64,000 nt of DNA from Squalus acanthias (GCA_030390025.1 CM059432.1:94304001-94368000); one strand, 5' to 3'. Positions 24,361 to 38,518 are shown, counted from the first letter of the stretch. Notes: generated by a model from the letters alone, not told the origin. Made by a program: numbers and translations.

Positions 24361-27235
24361 ATAAGAACATAAGACGTAGGAGCAGGAGTAGGTCATTTGG
24401 CCCCTCAAGCCTGCTCTGCCATTCAATAAGATCATCGCTGATCTGATCCATGCCTCAACTCCACTTCCCTGCCCGCTCACCATAACTCTTGACTGCCTTA
24501 CCATTCAAAAATCTGTCTATCTCCACCTTAAATATATTCAATGACCCAGCCTCCACAGCTCTCTGGGGAAGAGAATTCCAAAGATTCACGACCCTCTGAG
24601 AGAAGAAGTTCCTCCTCATTTCCGTTTTAAATGGGTGCCCCCTTATTCTGAAATTATGCCCCCTAGTTCTAGATTCCCCCACGAGTGGAAACATCCTCTC
24701 TGCATCTACCCTGTCAAGCCCCTTCAGAATCTTATATGTTTCAATAAGATCCCCTTTCATTCTTCTAAACGCCAATGAGTATAGGCCCAACCTGCTCAAT
24801 TTTTCTTCATAAGACAACCCTTTCATCTCCGGAATCAACCTCGTGAACCTTCTCTGAACTGCCTCCAATGCAAGTATATCCTTCCTTAAATAAGGAGACC
24901 AAAACTGTACGCAGTACTCCAGGTGTGGTCTCACCAACGCCCTGTACAGTTGTAACAGGACTTCCCTACTTTTGTACTCCATTCCCTTTGCAATAAAGGC
25001 CAACACTCCATTTGCCTTCCTAATTACTTGCTGTACCTGCATGCTAACTTTTTGTGATTTATGTACAAGGACCCCCAGATCCTCTGTACCTCAGCATTTT
25101 GTAATCTCTCCCCATTTAAATAATAATTTGCTTTTATATTTTTCCTACCAAAGTGGATAACCTTGCATTTTCCCAAATTATACTCCATCTGCCAGATTCC
25201 TGCCCACTCACTTAGCCTATCTATATCCCTTTGGAGATTCTTTGCGTTCTCCACACAATTTGCTTTCTCACTTATCTTTGTATCATCAGCAAATTTGGCT
25301 ACGTTACACTCAGTCCCTTCATCCAAGTCATTAATATAGATTGTAAATAGTTGAGGCCCCAGCACTGATCCCTGCGGCACCCCACTAGTTACAGTTTGCC
25401 AACCTGAAAATGACCCATTTATCCCGACTCTCTGTTTTCTGTTAGTTAGCCAATCCTCTATCCATGCTAATATATTACCCCCAACCCTGTGAACTCTTAT
25501 CTTGTGTAGTAACCTTTTATGTGGCACCTTATCGAATGCCTTCTGGAAATCCAAGTACATGACATCTACTGGTTCCCCTATATCCACCCTGCTCGTTACA
25601 TCCTCAAAGAACTCCAGCAAATTTGTCAAACATGATTTCCCTTTCATAAAACCATGCTGAACCTGCTTGACTATATTACGATTTTCTAAATGTCTTGCTA
25701 CCACTTCCTTAATGATGGACTCCAGCATTTTCCCAATGACAGATATTAGGCTAACTGGTCGATAGTTGCCTGGTTTCTGTCTCCGTCCTTTCTTTAATAG
25801 GAGCATTACATTGCGGTTTTCCAGTCCGCTGGGACCTCTCCAGAATCCAGGGAGTTTTGGTAGATTACAACCAATGCATCCACTATCTCTGCAGCCACCT
25901 CTTTTAAGACTCTAGGATGCAGGCCATCTGGTCCAGGGGACTTGTCCACCTTTAGTCCCATTAGTTTGCCTAGTACTTTCTCTCTAGTGATAGTGATTGT
26001 TTTAAGTTCCACCGCACCCCAATTGCCCCTTGATTATCCATTATTGGGATGCTTTTAGTGTCTTCTACTGTGAAGACCGATACAAAATATTTGTTCAAAG
26101 TCTCCGCCATTTCCCTGTTTTCCATTATTAATTCCCCAGACTCTTCCTCTAGGGGACCAACGTTAACTTTAGCTACTCTCTTCCTTTTTATATACCTGTA
26201 GAAGCTCTTACTGTCTGTTTTTATATTTCTTGCTAGCTTACTTTTATAAGCTATCTTCTCTCTCTATCATTTTTTTAGTCGTCCTTTGCTGGTTTAAAAA
26301 AATTTCCCAATCCTCTGGTCTTCCACTATTCTTCGCAACATTGTATGCTTTTGTTTTCAATTTGATACCATCCTTTACTTTCTTAGTTAGCCACGGATGG
26401 TTCATCCTTCTCTTAGAGTCTTTTTTTCTCTCTGGAATATATCTTTGCTGTGAGTTATGAAATATCTCCTTAAATGTTTGCCACTGCTTTTCTACAGTCT
26501 TACCCTGTAATATATTTTCCCAGTCCCTTTAACCAAGTCTGCCTTCATACCTTTGTAATTACCTTTGTTTAAGTTCAGGACACTAAGTTGAGACCTAACT
26601 TTCTCACCCTCAAACTGAATTTGAAATTCTACCATGCTATGATCACTCTTCCCAAGAGGATCCTTCACTTCGAGATCATTAATTAATCCAACCTCGTTAC
26701 ACATTATCAGATCTAAAAAGTCTTCTCCCTGGTTGGTTCCACAACGTATTGTTCCAAGAAACCATCCCTTATACACTCTAAGAACTCTTCCTCAAGTCTA
26801 CCTTTGCCAATTTGCTTTGTCCAATCAATATGAAGATTTAAATCTCCCATGATTATAGCCGTACCTTTCTGAGAAGCCTCTATTATTTCTTGATTTATAC
26901 TCTGTCCTACAGTGTGGCTACTGTTTGGGGGCCTGTAGACCACTCCCACCAATGACTTCTTATCCTTATTATTTCTTAACTCCACCCAAACTGATTCTAC
27001 GTCTTGATCTTCTAGGCCAATATCATTTCTCATTACTGCACTGACCTCATCCCTTATTAACAGAGCTACAACACCTCCTTTTCCTTTCTGCCTATCCTTA
27101 CGAAATGGCAAATACCCCTGAATATTCAGTTCCCAGCCTTGGTCACCTTGCAACCACGTCTCTGTAATGGCTCTCAGATCATACCCATTTATTTCTATTT
27201 GTGCTATCAACTCATCTATCTTGTTACGAATGCTT
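24361..27235 (-). mobile_element. CR1 LINE, nearly complete ORF2, frameshifted
   Basis: ORF pieces from EN (ITETWL, YRPP, SDH) to RT (FADD) and the CR1 tail. Confidence 0.95.
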
Positions 27236-27764
27236 CATGAAAGAGAAATACTACAAATTATTGCACTGAATGATAGTAGATATTTGTTACGTATGTAGAC
27301 ATGTGCAGTACATTTACTTGTATTGTATGTAAGGCGTTTCCTACTAAAATGAGTGCATGTGGCTAAAGCGGTGTCACCGTAGCCACACCTGTGGCTAATC
27401 AGTGATTTCTAGTGGACAACACTGCTATATAACAGATTTTGTCGTTTAAAATGTCTCTATGTTTTCCACTGGAGAACTGTGTCTCTTTGAGAGACCAAGG
27501 GCTGGACCTCATGAGGTTGCTGGCACTATTACCCTCAGCTAAAGAGACTCAAAAAGGTAGCAGAGTACAAGTCCCAGTATGCTTTCATGCTTATAATACC
27601 TTACTTTTTTTCTGATTGTCAGCAAAACTAGCCATAGCCATGCTGTTTGTAAGCTCTGACCTCTCCCATCAATGGAAAAGTTGCTAAGGACTAAAACGCT
27701 AACTAAAGCCATTATTAGAATATAGATAATTTGAATTTTTTTCTATTAACAGAATCAAAACAAT

Positions 27765-29690
27765 GTAGAATCATAGAATGGCTACAGCACAGAATGAGGC
27801 CTTCTGCCCGTCGAGCCCGTGCCAGCTCTCTGCAAGAGCACTTCAGCTAGTCCCACGCCCCGCCCTTTCCCTGTAGCGCTGCAAATTTATTTCCTTCAGG
27901 TACTTATCCAATTCCCTTTTGAAAGCCACGATTGAATCTGCCTCCACCACCCTTTTAGGCAGTGCATTCTAGATCCTAACCACTCACTGTGTAAAAAAGT
28001 TTTTCCTCATGTCGCCTTTGGTTCTTTTGCCAATCTCCTTAAATCTGTGTCCTCTGGTTCTCCACGCTTCCGCCAATGGGAACAGTTTCTCTCTATCTAC
28101 TCTGTCTCAACCCCTCATGATTTTGAACACCTCTATCAAATCTCCTCTCAACCTTCTCTGCTCTAAGGAGAAGAACCCCAGCTTCTCCAGTCTATCCACG
28201 TAACTGAAGTTCCTCATCCATGGAATCATTCTCCTAAATCTTTTCTGCACCCTCTCTAAAGCCTTCACATCCTTCCTAAAGTGCGGTGCCCAGAATTGGA
28301 CACAATACTCCAGTTGAGGCCGAACCAGTGTTTTATAAAGGTTCATCACAACTTCCTTGCTTTTGTACTCTATGCCTCTATTTATAAAGCCCAGGATCCC
28401 GTATGCTTTTTTAACCGCTTTCTCAACCTGCCCTGCCACCTTCAACAATTTGTGCACATATACCCCCAGGTCTCTGTTCATGCACCCCCTTTAGGATTGT
28501 ACCCTTTAGTTTATATTGCCTCTCCTCGTTCTTCCTACCAAAATGTATCACTTCGCACTTTTTTGTATTAAATTTCATCTGCTACGTGTCCGCCCATTTC
28601 ACCAGCCTGTCTATGTCTTCTTGAAGTCTATCACTATCCTCCTCACTGTTCACTATACTTCCAAGATTTGTGTCATCTGCAAATTTTGTAATTGTGCCCT
28701 GTACACCCAAGTCCAAGTCATTAATATATATGAAGAAGTGGTCCTGGTACCGACCCCTGGGGAACACCACTGTATACCTTCCTCCATTCTGAAAAACAAA
28801 CCGTTCACCACTACTCTCTGTTTCCTGTCACTTAGCCAATTTTGTATCCATGCTGCCACTGTCCCTTTTATTCCATGGGCTTCAACTTTGCTGGCAAGCC
28901 TATGATGTGGCACTTTATCAAACGCCTTTTGGAAGTCCATGTCCACCACATCAACCGCATTGCCCTCATCACCCCTCTGTGTTACCTCATCAAAAAATGG
29001 AATCAAGTTAGTTAAACATGATTTGCCTTTAACAAATCTGTGCTGGCTTTCCTTAATTAATCCACACTTGTCCAAGTGACTGTTAACTTTGTCCCTGATT
29101 ATCATTTCTAAAAGCTTCCCCACTACCGAGGTTAAACTGAGTGGCCTGTAGTTGCTGGGTTTATCCTTACACCCTTTTTTAAACAAGGGTGTAACATTTG
29201 CAATTCTGCAGTCCTCTGGCACCACCCCCGGTATCTAAGGAGGATTTGAAGATTATGGCCAGTACCTCAGCAATTTCCTCCTTAACTTCTCTCAGCATCC
29301 TAGGATGCATCCCATCTGGTCCTGGTGACTTATCTACTTTAAGTACAGACAGCCTTTCTAGCACCTCCTCTTTATCAATTTTTATCTCATCCAGTATCTC
29401 CACTACCTCCTCTTTCACTAAGACTTTGGCAACATCTTCCTTGGTGAAGACAGATGCAAAGTACTCATTTAGTACCTCAGCCATGCCCCCTGCCTCCATG
29501 CGTAGGTCTCCTTTTTTGTTCCTAATCGGCCCCACCTCTCCTCTCACTACCTGTTTATTATTTATATGCCTATAGAAGACTTTTGAATTCCCTTTTATGT
29601 TAGCTGCCAGTCTATTCTCATACCCTCTCTTTGCCCCTCTTATTTCTTTTTCACTTCCTCTCTGAACTTTCTATAGTCAGCCTGATAAAG
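27765..29690 (-). mobile_element. CR1 LINE, second subfamily, 5'-truncated
   Basis: ORF pieces 28107..29547 (KSPGPDG, NYRPLSLTS, DFQKAFD, FADD) and an (ATTCT)-type tail. Confidence 0.92.
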
Positions 29691-29741
29691 CATGAACAAT
29701 GGAATTTTATCTGAGGTAAACAGCACAGCAAACATGTAAGT

Positions 29742-30187
29742 TAGAAACATAGAAACTAGGAGCAGGAGTAGGCCATTTGGCCCGTCAAGCCTGCTCCACC
29801 ATTCAATACGATCATGGCTGATCATCCAAATCCAGTACCCTGTCCCTGCCTTCTCCCACAGAATCCCCATCGAGCCTGCACCGACACATATCCCACCCTA
29901 TCCCCGTAACTCCACGTATTTAATTCCCCCTAACATATCCCATCCTATCCCCGTAACCCCACATATTTAATCCCCCCCTAACACTAAGGGTCAATTTATC
30001 ATAGCCAAATCAACCTAACCCACACATTTTTGGACTGTGGGAGGAAACCGGAGCACCCGGAGGAAACCCACGCAGACACGGGGAGAATGTGCAAACTCCA
30101 CACAGACAGTCACCCGAGGCCGGATTCGAACCCGGGTCTCTGGCGCTGTGAGGCACCAGTGCTAACCACTATGCCACCATGTTGCCC
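29742..30187 (-). mobile_element. HE1-like V-SINE, full length
   Basis: Minus strand has A box TGGCATAGTGG, B box GGTTCGAATCC, the V-domain and a CR1-derived tail. Confidence 0.9.
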
Positions 30188-30388
30188 ATAGTTACTCTCT
30201 TCAAAAAGGTTATTTATTTAGGAAATACATCAGATTGGCAAATTCTGAAAGGAATGAACCATTTTTCAAGTTTGGATGATGTATCTGAATAAAAAAGTCC
30301 TGAATTTAAAGAGAGCCTTTTATGCAGAGCCTTTTATTAACACTAAGTACTGTGTCAAAAATATTTAGGACAGAAAGAAAGATACATA

Positions 30389-30722
30389 CAGGTTGAGCGT
30401 CCCAAATCCGGAGTTCCGGAATCTGGAATGTTCCGGAATCCGGACTCTGGGACGATTGGTGGCAGGGGTCCGGAATCCGTAAAATGTTCCGGAATCTGGA
30501 CACCCTGAGGGAGGCTTACCAAAAACCGGAAATAGCGCAACCTGGGCCCAGGCATTTCCGGACTCGGTACGTGTTTCTGATGTCCGAAGTCCGGAAATAT
30601 CGCAACCTGGGCTCGGGCGTTTTCGGACTTCGGACATCAGAAATACGTTCCGAAGTCCGGAAAAACCCGAAAACCGGCTCGGACTCGGTCCCAAGGTTGC
30701 CGGATTCGGCACGCTCAACCTG
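30389..30722. mobile_element. Tc1/mariner (Tigger-like) MITE
   Basis: TIR CAGGTTGAGCGT / ACGCTCAACCTG with TA TSD on both sides. The CpG-rich interior has many TCCGGA motifs and internal inverted repeats. Confidence 0.88.
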
Positions 30723-30862
30723 TATCAGTTTAAACTTTTCTTCAGTTTTATTGTTTGCACACTAAACAGATAGGACAGTCTGCCTTTTTGATATTGTAGG
30801 CAAGGAGCTCTTTCTGAAAGGAATTAGTTTGTATAGTTTTTGTTCAAAAGATTGTACTTTAA

Positions 30863-31738
30863 GGAGGAAAAATTCGGTTGCTTTGTGCCTCCCGTTAGCG
30901 CCCTAAGAGGACGCTAATGGGGCGCAAAGCAACTAGCGCCCGGGCGCGGTGATGTTTACGCCGCTCGCAAAATTGACCAGACATTTTGCGGCGGCGCTAA
31001 ACACTACTGCCACGATCTACTGTGCCCGCAGATCGTGACGTCAGTCGAGCGTGCAACGCCCCGGACCGGATATTGAGTGGCGCACCCTGCCTTACCGCCT
31101 GCCGCTAGCAACGACAGGTTGAGGGGAGCGTTTTGCAGTCGGGAAGGGACTGGGGGAGCGCTATTTAAAGGCGACCACTTCCTGCCTTTTTTTGTCGGCG
31201 ACATTTTTGCACCACGCATTCTGAGAGAGAGAGACTTCTGGAGAAATTCAACGCTGTGTGAAGAAGTTTTGGGTACTGAGCAGCACTTTGCAGGTTCATT
31301 TTGATATGACCTTCCTTGTATCAATTTAGAAGAGACTATGGGGGCTGCACTCTGAGCTCTTTCCCTGGGACTCTCCATTGTTCTTTCCAGCAGAATTGAT
31401 GTACAGGTCTCTCCAGGCCGAGATTCAAGGCGCAATGAGCAGGATGTGGATGGAGAGCAAGATCGACCCTCCCCTTTAAGAACTGGCCGGCGCCAGTGTG
31501 TCTGTGTTCCATTGCTGACTGACATCACATGAGCTTCGCCAGCGCTCTGCGATAGCGCCTCGCTCCTCGGCGTTAGCGCCTTAAGAGAGGTGTGTAGTGC
31601 CTGATTTAGCGCTCCAATCACCTCCAGGGGCGATAGAAGCCAAGTTTGCAGTCGGAGGCGATAATTAGCGGCAGGCGCTAAACTTTGCGCCCGGGCGATA
31701 ATTGCACCCCAAACGGGGCGATACCGAATTTCTCCGCC
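30863..31738 (-). mobile_element. Harbinger-type MITE, family A copy 2
   Basis: Reverse complement of 12744-13632 along its whole length, with flanks TAA/TAT. Confidence 0.9.
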
Positions 31739-31875
31739 TATATCCCTTATCATGACGGAAACAGACATAACTGCAAGGCAAAATATTAATGTTTAAAGCT
31801 GTACTTAGAAAAATTGTTGGTTAAAACAAATCCATAATCTGGCTAATCTACTTTAATTTAGGTAATTAAAAAAAA

Positions 31876-32412
31876 TTCATTCTCAAGATATGGGCATCGC
31901 AACAAGGCCAGCATTTATTGGCTATGCCTAGTTGCCTTTGAGAAGGTGGCGGTGGGTCTTCTTGAAGTGCTGCAGTCCATGTGGTGAAGATATTCCCACA
32001 GTGATGTTCGGTATGGAGCTGGAGGATAATTTGGAGGTGATGGTGTTCCTATGCACCTGCTGCCCTTGTCCTTCAAGGTGGTAGAAGTCGCGGATTTGGG
32101 CGGTGCTGTCGAAGAAGCCTTGGCGAGTTGCTGCAGTGCATGCTGTAGATGGTACACACTGCAGCCACAGTACGCTGGTGGTGGAGGGAGTGAACATTTA
32201 AGGCGGTGGATGGGCTGCCGATCAAGCGGGCTGCTTTGTCCTGGATGGTGTCGAGCTTCTAAAGTGTTGTTGCAGCTACACCTATCCAGGCAAGTGCAGA
32301 GTATTCCATCACACGCCTGACTTGTGCCTTGTAGATGGTGGAAAGGCTTTGAGGAGTCAGGAGGTGAGCCATTCACCGCAGAACACCCAGCCTCTGACTT
32401 ACACTAATAGCC
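31876..32412 (-). mobile_element. 3' fragment of the same LINE family as 1296-4436
   Basis: Aligns by eye to about 1305-1895, including the tail GCATTTATTG...TGAGAAGGTGG. Confidence 0.88.
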
Positions 32413-32817
32413 AGATAAATTTACTTGTCAGATAAATGTAGACATATGTGACTTTTCTTGAGAAAATGGCCATTTTCTGAACATTCTGCCAATTTGATAC
32501 TGTAGCTGCCAGCTCTTCAAAACCACCATCGTGACTAAATAAAAGTAGGGGCTTAAAATTCAATTAGGCATGAAAACCAACGCGGGGATCACGATGCACG
32601 ACCTTTGTGGTGCCTGCTAATTACCATGATTGCTGCGTTCAGCCCAGCGCTTAGCGCGTTGCCGAGTGGCTGAGCGCTCAGCAGGGGGCCAAAGATTGCT
32701 AGCTTTAAATAGAGCTAGCCTTCACTTCTTAAAGGCAGTCTGCACCTCTTAAAGGTGAGGTGCATTCTGCATTCAGCAGCTGCTTGAACTGCTTGTGAAG
32801 GCAACTGTGAGTGAATA

Positions 32818-34701
32818 ATGACTCAACAGGGCAGAGAAAGAGCCCCAAGGATCTCTGACGCAGCACTCGAGGCCTTAGTGTGGGGGTAGATAGGAGGAGA
32901 CAGATCCTCTACCCGCAGGGCACTAGGAGGCCCTCCAGACACACAGGAGAAGGCAGTGGAAGCAGATAGCTGAAGCGGTCACAGCTAGCAGTCTTACCCC
33001 GAGGACCTGGATCCAGTGCTGAAAGAAGGTCAATGACCTAACACGAGTGGTCAAGGTCAGTGAATGCATCGTCAAAAGCTGTCTCCCACCAACTGCACCA
33101 CTAGCCTCGCACACTGCTCAATGCACCACACCACCATCACTCACCTACCAACAATCTGTATCAATCACGACTCATACCTCACAGTCATAGCTTCATGTCA
33201 CCCTCATACACTTACCACTTCTGAAAGCCTCACACCCAGATCACACACCTTGCACAAACTGACAGCTATTCAACCATAACAGGCACATCACCCAAACACA
33301 TTGCACTACACTCACTGACACACTTCCCTTTCGCTTGCAGGCAAAGGTGGCTCATAATCGCAGGCAGTAGCAACTAACCAGCAGGGACAAGCCTACATGT
33401 CCTTACCCAGGTGGAGGATACTGTGCTTGACATCATTGGAGGAGCCGTCACGGAGGCCGTGGGGGACGGTGAGGCTGAAACCATTCAAGATGACGGTATG
33501 CTCATACCTAATCCTCCTTCTCACATCCCACTACCCCATCATCTCACAATCTCTTCTCACTGGCAAACTGCTGATGGTGTAAGCATGCACATGTTGCTTC
33601 TCCTCGCCTCCCGTCACCACAACCCTACCCTTGTGCCTTTCTCCTTTCAGATACCCAAGAACTCCAACCTGATGAGCCAGTGCAGGAAGAGGAGAGTGAT
33701 GGAGAAGAAGAGATACCGTCACTCGATATGACACTTGCAGGCACCAGCTCAGATATTGGCACTGCGTGGACTTTAGCGGGTAGTATAGAGGCAGGATCTG
33801 CATGTGGTGAGTCACCGGGCACGAGAGGCCTGCAGGAAAGAAGGGTAGCGAGGTCTCACACGAGTTCTGCTGCAGAGGACTCAGATGAGGACTTCGATGG
33901 GGCAGCCTACAGAAGAAGGCTGATGGGCATGCACACAGAAATGCTTGGTGCATTGGCAGGCCTGCCAGAAAGCCTGTTGTCACTGTCAAGGAACATGGAG
34001 GAGTCCAGCACCAACTTTGAACAGGGCTTTGCGCAGAGCTTGGAGCCCATGATTTCCAGGATGGAACTGATGGGCAGCTCGATTAGCGCACTTGCGGATC
34101 CAACAATGATGCAGTGTCTAATGGCCGATGTCTCAGCTTCCATAACAGCACAAGTGGAAGCGACCCAATGTCTGAGTACTACAGTGGAAGCTCAGACTTC
34201 TGTCATACAAGCTCAGACTGCTCTCATGCAGGCTCAGCTTGCTGCCATGCAAGCTCAGACTACTGCCATCGTTGCTGCGTTTACCAGTGTTGAAAGAGGC
34301 TTGCAAGATGTCACAGCAGTCCAGCAATTTGTCCTCCAACAGATTACTAGGATTGCTGTGGCGCCGCCCCAGCGGAGTGGCAGTGGCTCCGTGGAGCACG
34401 AACCTGCTGTCCTCTCTCAGGATGACAGTATTCGCCTTCCCACCACTCCGCCAGTGTCCTTTCTGTTGCCTGTCAGCCAGCTAGCCCAGACATTGCTGCC
34501 GCCATGCTGAGGTGGTGTCGTCCGCTGCCGGACCTTCTAGGCCTAGAGCTGCTCGAGGTCATCCTGCAAGGCCATCTGCAGTCTCTCCCACTGAAAGTCA
34601 GCAGCCTTGCTGCAGCCACTGGGGTAGCACTTCGTAGGAGCACTAGGACAGGCAAAGGCACACGTAAGACAGGCACTAAGGAAATGCACAAGGGTGATTA
34701 G
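32818..34701 (+). pseudogene. Harbinger Myb/SANT-like DNA-binding protein gene, three exons (32818-33055, 33341-33495, 33651-34701), disrupted
   Basis: Reads MTQQGRERAPRISDAALEALV...WKQIAEAVTASSLTPRTWIQC*KKVNDL. GT-AG introns have pyrimidine tracts. The last exon is acidic then coiled-coil-like (ORF 33680..34510). Confidence 0.75.
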
Positions 34702-34870
34702 TTGACTTTGTTATGTAAGATTGGATTCATTGATTTATAAATTTGGTTTGGAATGGTTGTTTTGTGGTGGCTTTCATTTCAGCTTTGTGGCCAAGCGGAT
34801 GCTGTGATGTTCCATGACAGATGGATGGTAAGGTGGGGAAGTGTTGAGCAATAGGGATCTGGGGTTTCAT

Positions 34871-35950
34871 TCAGGGGAACCGGAGTCTGATGATGCGCTC
34901 ACGGACAGCCCGTCCAGAATGTGTATGTGCAGGCTGCCTCCTCCCTTGCTCCTCCTCCTCCTGAGGTGGTCGTAGAACCCGTGGTGGCAAGGGCTGCACC
35001 CTCATGATAGCCAATTTGTGGAGGATGCAGCTGACCATCACGAATTGAGACACCTGCTCCGGCAAGTACTGGAGGGCTCCTCCCGAGCGGTCAAGGCAGT
35101 GGAACCATTGCTTCAGCACCCCGATGGTCTGCTTGATGACATTCCTTGTGGCAGCCATTATATGAGACTGGCCACGAGTGCTGGGGCTGCGGAGAGCAGT
35201 CATCAGCCATCTGTAAAGCAGATAGCCCTTGTCGCTGAGCAGCCACTCTCTGGTTTGACGTGGTGGCTAGAAGATTGCTGGCACAGCGGTCTGGTGCAGG
35301 ATGAATGCATCATGACTGCTGCCAAGATACTGGGCATTCACCAGCATGATGTGCTGGGCGTGGCCGCACACCAACTGCACATTAAGTGAGTGGTACCCTT
35401 TGTGGTTACGGTACATCTCATATTGAGATGAGGCGCTCGCAAAGCCACGTGTGTGCAGTTGATGGCACCCTGCACCAGGGGGAATCCTGCTATCCTGGCA
35501 AAGCCACGTGCACGCGCATCCTGCTTCTCTTTGTTTCGAGAGAAAGCAATGAGGTTCCCTCTCCTAGTGTACAGAGCCTCTGTGACTTCCCGGATGCAGC
35601 GATGGACGACAAACTGCGAGATGTTAGCTATCTCGCCTATTCCAGACTGGAAGGATCCTCTGGTGAGAAAATTCAGGGTCACGGTCACCTTGAGGGTCAC
35701 TGGCAGCGTGGTCGTCGCCCTGCTCTGAGGCTGCAGGTCTGGTTCCAAGAGGTGGCACAGTTCTGTGACCACCTCCTTGGTGAAGTGGAGCCGATGAACA
35801 CACTGCTTCTGTCTTAGGTGCAGGTAGGAGAAGTGGTCCTTGAAGACCCTCGGTGGGTAAGGCCTCCTGCTGAGAGCCCTCATCCTCCTCCTCCTTCTGC
35901 GAGCAGCTTGTCTTCTTTGCTGCCTCTGCTCCAGCTCCCTGTCATGCTGT
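34871..35950 (-). pseudogene. Harbinger (HARBI1-like) DDE transposase, frameshifted and catalytically mutated
   Basis: Motifs GFARIAGFPLVQGAINCTHV (D to N), WLLSDKGY and TRNVIKQTIGVLKQWFHCLDRSGGALQY (E to K). Confidence 0.88.
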
Positions 35951-38518
35951 GGCCCAGGGGGACTGCAACTAGAGCCCCCGTAACTGGGAGTAAGTGGTGT
36001 ACTCAGAGGCCTTCTCGTAGCCTTCCCAAAGTCCAGCAGCACTCCCTGCACACTTTAACTTTTGAAATCACTTACAGCAACCCAGTATCCCTACAAACTT
36101 TTCAAGAGCCAGTACAAAAGCAATAAGCAACATACCTGAAAGTTGGATATATCCCTTTAAGTAGCCCTGGTGGGGGTTCCCTCGTGCAGCTGAATGTGTG
36201 TGTTTAGGAGAGGGTGTTGAAGGGAGCATTAGAAAATGGCAGGTCGTGCATCAAATCAGCTTTACACGCTGACTGACGTCACGATCTGCCTACTGCATAC
36301 TGCCGGTGCACGCACATACCGCCCGCACCAAGATGGTGAACAGCACGGGCAGTGTTGGAAATGGGCGAACGCCATTTTTTTTAAATGCCAAAAGTACCGG
36401 CGCTACGGAGATGAATATCGCGGCTTACTTGTTTTAACCACAGTGGTTGATTCCTGAGTTTAATTTACACATGAAAGAAAGGAATGAGGAAATGTGCACG
36501 TGTAGCAAAAATAAAAGACATATAGAAAGTCAGACAACCTACATGGAAGGTAAAACACCTGGAGCTGTAGTGAAAATTGAAAATGCCTTCTCTCTCCGTA
36601 AAACACATGGATTTATTTATATATGTAACTGTGGTGTGTGAGGGAAACATATCATGGGTTAGAATTTCTGTAGGGGTTCTCGCCGTCTCCTGTCCCGAAT
36701 TTGGCAGGAGATCAGTGAAGCCCCGCAAAAATTGTACCTCTATTTATTTATCTACCTTGCAGTAGGTGAGGAATACACTATGGACCTGAAATTCCAGGGT
36801 GCCTGCTGCAAGTCTAGTTGGGTGTGTCTTCGGAATTCTGACAACTAAGGACATTGACTCTAACCTAAATCCCAGGATGGGGTCAGTTTAAAATCAGGCA
36901 GGTGGCAAGCACCTGCTGTGGCGTAACAGAGGCACTCATCCCAAATAGGTGCTGGAAAATCGCAGGGACACCCCTCTGGGATTGCTTACCTTTGTTGCTT
37001 GAGACATTTGGGGCTATGAGGAAAGCTCAGTATGTACGTTTGCTCTCAGCCGAAGGATGGCATATTGAGCAGAATTCCCAGGGCAACCCAGTAATGTTGT
37101 CCAGACTCACCCTCAAAGGTACCGACTGATAAAGACTATTCTCCCCCGGTTCATCGTGATTTCTGAAGAACCGTAAATGGGGTGGAAACCTGACGGATCC
37201 CAGTTTTGCCCAAATTCCTGCCATCCTGCGGGCGATCCTACTAACTTGCATCCACCCCAGGAGTTTCCAATTTATTTATTTTCGAAGCACTATGGAAAGA
37301 AAATAGGAATCTTCTTAGCCATCCATTTTCAGTAGGATCCTAAGAATTGGTGGTGAACTCGACATCTAGTAACTCCTCGGATAGGACGATCTGAGGTAAG
37401 TAAGTACCAACAGGTAAGCTGTTCTTCCAGGACCTATCAGATTTTTGAGGCTGGAGGTCTTCTAATTGCAACCATCAGTAAGACAGAAATAGAATCCATG
37501 TGGATAGAGATAAGAGATAAAAAAGGATCACTAATATGGGTAAGTCTACAGACCACCTAATAGTGGAAGGGAGGTGGAGAAAGAAATATGGAAACAAATT
37601 AGGGAGATGAGTAATAAACATAGAATAATAATCATGGGGATTTCAATTATCCTCAAATGAATTGGCCAAAAGAGGTAGGTAAACGGGATAAGGGAATGGA
37701 GTTCCTACAAAGTGTACAGGACTCCTTTCTAACCCAGTATGTAAGAAGCTCAACAAGGGAGGATTTGCTACTGGATCTGTTAATGGGGAATAAACCAGAG
37801 CAGATAAGAGAAGGAAAAGTAGATGAACGTCTCGGCATTAGTGACCATAATATTACGGTTAGGATAATAATTGAGAAGGACATATGCATGACAAAGACCA
37901 GGGTAATAGATTGGAGAAAAGCTGATTTTGAGGGGCTGAGAATAGAACTTGCAGAAATAAAATGGACAACAATATTGGCAAACAATGCTGTAGAACAGCA
38001 ATGGTATTCAGCAGAGCTCAGGAAAGATATATTCTGCTAAAAATCAAGAACTGAACACTAATGAGACATCACGGATGAATAAAGACATAAGGGAAAAATT
38101 GAGGGTAAGGAAAGGGACATACACTAAGTACATGGACAGCAGGGGAGAGCATGATGAGGGAGAATACGAAGCGATTAGGAAAGAAGTAAAAAAAAATTAG
38201 GAAGGCAAAGAGGAACTATGAAATTAAATTATCAAGGAACATAAAACAAAGTAGTAAAATATTCTACAGGCACATAAATAAAAAAAAGGTTAAGTCGGGA
38301 TGGGAATATGGCCACTAAGGGATGGACAGGATAAAATCACAGGTAGTGATAGTGAAATGACAGAAATATGAAATAATTATTTTGCTTTCGTATTTACTAG
38401 GGAGACAGTTGAGGTGGACATGACAGCAGAAAATGAGATTAGAAATGAGATAACTGCATTTAAAATAAAGAGGAGAAATATTAAATAAACTAATCAACTC
38501 AAAGAGGATAAAACCCCT

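Larger units (their letters stand above)
32549..36424. mobile_element. Full-structure, decayed PIF/Harbinger transposon with two convergent genes
   Basis: A Myb/SANT-like gene on + and a transposase on - are arranged tail to tail. Termini are degenerate (GGGCTTAAAATTC / GAATATCGCGGC), so the boundaries are approximate. Confidence 0.85.

Noticed and set aside
30100..30187. tRNA gene
   Set aside because: The A and B boxes belong to a SINE head that continues into a V-domain and CR1 tail. The same applies to the heads at 4355-4436 and about 39700-39781.
34871..35950. Domesticated host HARBI1 gene
   Set aside because: It is frameshifted, catalytic residues are mutated and it is paired with a Myb pseudogene inside a transposon.
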